The notes beneath the pieces are model-generated. The model was not told the origin of the DNA and searched no databases. It was given only the letters and a program-made list of their open reading frames with translations. Of a stretch of 64,000 nt of DNA, positions 57,087-64,000 are shown one piece after another. A program made the position numbers and the translations under genes. Source of the DNA: Daphnia carinata (Eukaryota); assembly GCF_022539665.2 (NCBI RefSeq), contig NC_081332.1:5952001-6016000 (forward strand). The letters are read 5' to 3'. Position 1 is the first letter of the stretch. Each line of letters opens with the position of its first letter.

Positions 57087-60000
57087 ATGGATCATTCATC
57101 AACTGCCATCGAGCAGGAAGAGAAGATAGTTTTAGAACCTGTCTCGCCCTCGTCGTCATCTTCGTCTTCATCACCTGTGCCAGCCATCAAATTAAAAAGA
57201 AAGTGCCCGTCGGGATGGACTTTAAGTAACAACGGGACTAACTCAGGTATTAACTATCTCTTTATTGTAGCGTTTCATTTCTTTTGTTCATTTCCCTTCA
57301 CAGTTTGTTCGATAACGACACTGCTATCAAGTGGCTTTCTTGGTAATGTTTAACTAGTGCCGCTATCGTTGATCTGCTCTTCCCTTTTTCTTTTCCTCTT
57401 AAAGTGGTTCGTTCCATCCGTCAAAAAGTTCATTTGTACCCGACGATAAGACAAGTGACAGAACTTGTTTGCATTTGTTTTCTTGATTTTCGCTAGTGCA
57501 TACGGAACGAGTTCATCTTATCGTGAGAAATCCGCCCTGCCCAGCATCAATCTTCTTTTACTTGTAGTTGTTATTTATTTTTGATTCTGGAAGCATAATG
57601 CTTACTGTGCAATATGAGTGAATGCCCTGAGAAAGCCTATTACCCCATTGCCGCGTAGAGAAAATGGTCATTTGATATTGATGAGTTTTCTCGGCATTAC
57701 TGCGCGTTCTGTGCCCCCGTCTTTCGAGTTCCTTTTTTCCTTGGGCCCATGAACCTTTGGTTTACTGGACCATTCATGAGTGCGCATACATAAAACAAAC
57801 ACTCACACAGGCATTTCTGATGTGATAAGCAATCAACTCGGTTACATACTGAATGTATATATATACAGGTCAAAGGCCAGACATGCAGCTTATACGATCT
57901 ACTTTCTCATTGACGAACGATATCCACCACTAACAAAAATGTCGAAGTTCGAAATTATTACATAAATATGGTTAAATGACGAATAGCTAAAATGATTGAC
58001 AGCTACGTCCTTGATCCATTCGGCAGAGGGATTTCCAAATGCATCTTGCAATCTTGCAAATCTTTTCAGCATTCGACTTACCTATTTTTGCTTTTAAATC
58101 TTCAAAATACCGAGTCTTTTACACCGAACAAAACATGTTTATAATCTAATAATTTCTTTTCTTCTGAAATCTGACTGTCCACCCATCAAGATAGCCACCG
58201 AATCTGAAGGGAGTGCCTAAGGGGTGATTGTCCGTGAGCCGGAAAAACCAGCTTGACTGGTTTCTCGCTAGGTGGCCTCGCCGGTTGATATGGAAGGGAG
58301 CGCTTTGACAGCATCTGGAAGGAAGTGGGGAAGGGGATTAGAGGGGAGAGCCTGTAAAACACGTTTCTATATTTGTACCGAAATCGATATCGGCGTGAGG
58401 CGAAGGGGGAGGAGAATGCGTGCACCGTCGCCGTAACGTTCATCTCCCAACCACCAGCAGGTGGGAGATAGGGACCAGAGAAATTCGATGTCTCTTTGTC
58501 GAAGTGGATGGTAGGTAGTTTAATCGCCTTGTTGTGGATCTTCTGCCCCAGTGGTTGTGTAACTAGTTGTAAGCAGTTTCAATCAAGAAACTAAATGTGA
58601 TCTCGTTGTGTTATCCAAAGTTATTTTATGCCCTGTCCTGTACTTGGCTGCTGTTATCAGGTGTGATTAGGTGATTAGCATTTTAAGAGATAAGGGATAC
58701 TATATCTGCCCAATCTTCTGTCTTATCTCAAAGTTCTCACTCACTTCACCGAGGCTTTTCCCAGTTCACATTGCATATACTATTGCCTCATATTATATTA
58801 TCAAACACTTTACAACCACTATTGCAAACATGCACAATCTGCATCCCCACTAGCAGGGCATCAGCGTACAAAAAAATGTCTCACACAACAAGAACATACA
58901 TTGACTTTTGTGTGTACACGTCAGGAGTTTGCTCAACTGTCCCTTTGTAACTATATTGAATATCATCTGACTTGAATTGCTGTTATCCAGCACGTAAGGT
59001 TTTTCTGTTATCTTTATTTGTTTCTAGCATGGACCTAATCTTGTACCGTGTTTCATTATTTTGTCAGTATCCAAACTACGTCGTGGTGGTCGCTTCAAAT
59101 TAAAACTTAGATCTTGGATGGCCGAACCACTGGTGGTGAAGGAGGGAGACGCCAGCTTACGACTTGCCACCGATTTGCCTCGTTTCAACTGGCTCGAGTT
59201 AAAATTGAACCAAAAACAAGATGGGACGAATGGGGAAACCAACGTTTGTTCTTCCGCCAATAACGACGGCCTTCCAATCGTTCCGCTCAAGATTCGCATC
59301 CTGGAAAAGAGCTCATACGCCGCAAGGCTTACCGAAGGCCTTTCTGTTGCTCCCTCTGTTACGAAGGAACTAGACCAGTCAGTAGCTCAACACCTAAAAT
59401 CCGACGAAGCCTCGGTACCAACATGCACCTCAAGGTGGCCGCTCAAGAAGAGGCTCATTCGTCAGCTCAGTCCAGTCACCAGTCCGAGGACAAGCCCAGT
59501 TGCAAGTCCAATTACGAGTCCCGTTGCCAGCCCAGTTGTTAACAAAGTCATTAGCCAGTTGGATGTAATAAAGCCAATTTTAACCCAAACACTCGTCTGC
59601 AACGCCACACAGTAAGTCAAACCAAAATTTTCAGTTTGATCTTGATGTTTGTTTTGTATTTCCTTTTTCATGCTTGTTTAAACAGAATAACACAAGAAAG
59701 ACTGCAGACGGAATTACGACAAAGTCCACCCGCTCAAAGAGGACCAGTGATCATGAGGAATGTTTTACCTCCCACCCCACCGGCATCCTCTGCACCTCCC
59801 GAATTAATGCCAGTGGATGCCAATGACCAAGACAAACCGCTAGATTTGTCACGGCGTTGTGCATTTGAACCTGCAGCCACTCGGCTCGAAGATAAAGCTG
59901 AAATCGAAATCATCGCGATGACAACACGGATAAACAGCAAAGCAGTTCCTCAACCAGTTGATTTTCAACCGTCACGACAACGACTTTCTCGCAACCCGGC

Positions 60001-60825
60001 TGAAATCCATCGAATTCAACGGACTGAAAAAGACCTTGTCGCCAAACCGATGCGAGAACATACTGTCCAAAGGAATCCGCCAATTCGGGCACCTGAATCC
60101 TTGTTTCCCGACTGGAGCAGAAATGGTACCAGTGGATTTCGACCTTACAGAGAACAGCGACCGCCTGTGGCTGTGGCATCGACGCTCGTGAACACAATAA
60201 CTCCAACGGCCAGACCATTTTTCTTACCTCCATTGCGTCCACTGCCGCACCACTGGAATAGTCTTGTTGTCCAGCAACAGCGTAACCCTGTTGTCCGTCC
60301 TGAAGTGCAGTTACATCCAGTAGGATCAGCTGCACCCTCAGCCGGCTTCATAACCAGGCCTCGGCTCTTTCACCCTCAACAGGTGACGGCAGCCACAACA
60401 AAAAAAACCTTGTCTATTGCATCTCATACTATAACGACGCTTCCACCCGATTGGTCTCTACGTAGCTGCGTCGTTTGCTCGCGGAGAGCAGATTTTCGCT
60501 GCGCTGGTTGTCATGGCAACGCATACTGCAGTGAGTTATATCTCCATACGCATTTTACATATTTTGTTGTAAGCCTCATGTTGACATGTGTTTCTCTTTT
60601 TCAGGTACCCTTTGCCAGGTAAGCATATATATATATTACGGATACGAATTGCAACCGAATCAGTCTTCTCAGTCTATCTATAATATTTACCTTATTGGCT
60701 TTCTCGAAAGAAGCAAAATTCAATGACATTATAATATATAAGGACAATCTTGAAGTGTTTAAATTTTATTTTTATAGGCTAGGGATTGGCCAAACCATAG
60801 TCAACTTTGCCAGCGTAACAGCTGA
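57087..60825 (+). CDS. Pro/Ser-rich protein with PLDLS motif and C-terminal MYND finger
   Basis: Tentative first exon 57087-57246 splices (phase 1) to 59068. Large exons 59068-59611 and 59685-60530; micro-exon 60605-60618; last exon 60778-60825. These give CVVCSRRADFRCAGCHGNAYCSTLCQARDWPNHSQLC. The 5' end is less certain than the 3' end. Confidence 0.78.
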
Positions 60826-60994
60826 CCTGGCCGAAATTTTCTCTACGGAAGAGAACGCCCACCGTTTAGTTTTTTCATCAAAAGTTTCATGTGTTTTATC
60901 TTTTTATCTGTTATTGATGTTGTTGCTGTGGTTTTTGAAATGAAAAAAAAAATTATTTGGTTTGGAAAAAAAATAATTATTTATCCGTCAACAG

Positions 60995-61818
60995 TTAATG
61001 AATTCCCCAAACTTCTTCGAAAGCACTACACAATTTAGAACAGGTAAGTGCAGCTGACAATGGGTACTGGCTAATGCTGATCTCTTCCTCACTGTATTCA
61101 ACGTCTACTTTTCCGTGAGCCATCGCACCTACCACGATTGCGATTGGCTCGTCTGGTAACACGATATCTCGTGGTTTAACCAGTTTCGTTGAGCTGAAGG
61201 TGGTGGCGATTTTGCGGCAACCAACAGGTAAATGATCTTGGATTGGGTTCTTTATTACTTTTAGCAGCTTCATTGGTCCATTTGCTGCTTTGATACTCAT
61301 CTTATGAAGAAGCTGGACTGTAAAACATATATATTGGTAAATACAATTATGTTAAGAAACTATGTGAATTTACCCATTAAGCCAGCAAATCTTGTATATG
61401 TTCTTGGAATTCTTGTTTGTGGATTGACTTCAATCAAGACATTTTTTGCAGTATGAATATAAACTTGAAGAAGTCCTGCTCGGTTTAATGGGGAGTCAAG
61501 GAGCATCAATAAGCATTGGTGGGTGATGTCGGGGCGACAAGATGATGGTTCACGATTGTGTTTTTTCAAAAAACCAATATGATCATCACAATTAAGCAGT
61601 TCAAAATCTTTTCCAATCTGTATGCAGAATATAGTTTTAGGTAGCATTATATGCATGGGAGAAATTAATTTTACCTTTGCTGATTCAAGCTGAGCTTGTT
61701 CTAGAATGACAATCAAACGTTTCTCTTGATTTCTCAAATGAATATTTGAGAGAATTTTTGGAGGTTTTGCGATATAATCGGTTTCTTCGCCTTCAGGGAT
61801 TTTTCTTTTGTTACTCAT
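60995..61818 (-). CDS. EMG1: 18S rRNA pseudouridine methyltransferase Nep1/EMG1
   Basis: [94 protein letters not shown]. Confidence 0.97.
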
Positions 61819-62179
61819 ATTGTACTGCAATCGGCCACCTGTTTAAGATTTAATTGTTTTCACTAAACCTTTGTGGTTTTCTTGCCTAACGTAAACCAAA
61901 TCAACTAAGAAATTGTAACAAGACACATGTGCCCAGCAGACTACACTAAATTCGAATTGTCTAAACAGAATCCTTATTTTTCCGTAGTTGCCAATAGACG
62001 CAATACTAAAATTATTAATTTATTTCCCTCGTCTGCCTTGCAATAATCCGGTTTATCGCTCGAAATTTAACGTTGGTTTCAATAAAGTGATTAGTGTTCT
62101 GGTTAAACCGGCCCTTTTTTAAATATCGGAAAACAAAGTGCTGCTTTCCATCAACTTTATTTTTTTTTTTTTTTTTACG

Positions 62180-63980
62180 AGTAGTTTAAAAACTATAAAA
62201 CCAGTTGAAAAACAAAATTGATTTTCGTGATTTCCATTCAATTGTGAATCGAAACCATGTCTTTTAAGCCAAATTTAAAATTTGGCCACGATTAAACTTC
62301 ACGCCAAAACAAAGTTCATTATCGTGATTCTAGTTGAATTTTGAATCTAATCATGCATAGTTGTCTCTATTTATTGATTATTTAAGAAAAATCGAAGAAT
62401 TTTGATGTGCCGCACTAGCACTGTAGCGTACTGGCCCGCCATATCAATACATATAGCCTATAGAAATTTTAAGCCCGACAAAAAAATAAGCCCGACTTTT
62501 CCTTTAGAAAAAATAATACCATCACATAAAAATTACTATATGTGATTTAGATTCCAAATTAAACGAAGATTACGAAAATAAACCTTGTTTTTACGTAGAA
62601 TTTATGGGTTTTGGTTAATCGAAGAACTTTGATGTGTCGCGCTAGCGCTGTAGCATACTAGCGCGTTACTAAGTTCTTCGATTCAGTGTATTTCCAAAAC
62701 GGTTGATGTGACGAAAAAAATAACAATTTTCTTGGAATCAGCATTTAATTTTTAGAATATCGTGTGATTTTCAACCAATTCCAATGAATGTCAGTTTTTG
62801 CAGGTTTTTGAGGCAAAATTCCCGACGGTCATATCCTTCATTTTTCTTCACATAATTACGCCCAATATAAAAAAAAGCCCGATTTTCGTGATCAGCGATA
62901 AATTCCAAATCGGAATAATGTATTTTTAATTAAATCTAGAATTTGACGAAAATAGAAAAAGTAGGAAGGCTATAGCCTTCTTACTTTTCATTTTTGGCCA
63001 AATTTCAAATTTGGCTTAAGATACATGATTTCGATGCAGAATGCAATGCAAATCATGAAAATAAAGTTCATTTTTTAATTGGCAATATAGTTTTTAAATT
63101 AAACAAAAAAAAAAACAGAAAGCCAGGCTTATTTTGTCGGGCTTAAAATTTTTCCTAATAAAAAATAATATCATTAAATCTAGGTAACTATATATGATTC
63201 TGATTCAAAATCAACCAAACAACACGAAAGGGAATTTGTTTTTACGTAGAGTTTATAGTTTTGGAGTAATCTAAAATATAAAATTAGGTGCGAATCGAAA
63301 CCATTTCTAGCGCGCCAGTACGCTACAGCGCTAGCGTAATGCATCAATATTTTAGATTATTCAAAAACTATAAACTCTGCGTAAAAAAAAATTTCATTTT
63401 CGTGTTCCTTGCTAAATTTTGAATCAGAATCGTATATAGTTATCTAAATTTAATGATATTATTTTTTAAAAGGAAAAAATTTTAAGCCCGACAAAATACG
63501 CCCGACTTTTAGTTTTTTACGGTTAATTCAAAAACTATAAGCTCAGTATAAAAATATACCACATTTTCGTGAACAGCGATGAATTTCAAATCAAAATAAT
63601 GTACTTTTAAGTAAATCTAGAATTTGACGAAAATTGAAAAAGTGGGAAGGCTATAGCCTTCTTACTTTTTCAGTTTTTGAATCTTCTGTTTTTTATGGTT
63701 TATTCAAAAAGTATAAGCCTAATATAAAAATAAACCACATTTTCGTGATCAGCGATCAATTTCGCATCAGAATAATGTACTTTTAAGAAAATTGTATTTG
63801 TTTTCGCGAGCTTATAGTTTTTGACTAATCTAAAATATAAAATTAGTGTGTGCGAATCGAAACCATTACTAGCGCGCCAGCACAGCCATCACAGCGTTAG
63901 CGTGACACATCAAACTTAAATCTAGAATTTGACGAAAATTGAAAAAGTGGGAAGGCCTTCCCACTTTGACGAAAATTCAT
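62180..63980. repeat. Second array of the same fold-back repeat family as 16547-19258; more degenerate at its left end
   Basis: gaaggctatagccttc at 62965 and 63646; GC core at ~62405 (rev), ~62631 (rev), ~63308 and ~63870; aagcccgacaaaa motifs. Confidence 0.93.
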
Positions 63981-64000
63981 CAAAAAGCGACATCTCTTGG

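Noticed and set aside
58321..58347. G-rich tract as a G-quadruplex
   Set aside because: Only three G4 runs, and it is better explained as the polypyrimidine tract of a minus-strand intron.

Overview
Gene-dense, intron-rich eukaryotic DNA with many ~60-80 nt GT-AG introns. Gene content and intron size suggest an arthropod, most like a Daphnia-type crustacean (inference). I can support 17 spliced protein-coding genes: SV2-like transporter (-), pawn-like EGF/SEA membrane protein (+), RRM-MYND-2xTudor Vreteno/Veneno-like piRNA factor (-), two tandem CLIP serine proteases (-), invadolysin/LMLN (-), Gemin8 (-), Sem1/DSS1 (+), a two-pore K+ channel (+), C2orf69/UPF0565 (+), DHFR (+), a small orphan RGG/TM protein (+), SVOP (+), mitochondrial EF-Tu (-), two tandem low-complexity MYND-finger genes (+) and EMG1 (-). 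Two AT-rich arrays (~16.5-19.3 kb and ~62.2-64.0 kb) belong to one fold-back repeat family built from nested imperfect palindromes; this is the most unusual structure in the window. The supplied ORF track labels 20591..20974 as '+', but that peptide is encoded on the minus strand and is the last exon of the Tudor gene. I saw no tRNA, rRNA, CRISPR array or transposase. Exon boundaries were read by eye and gene spans include introns.
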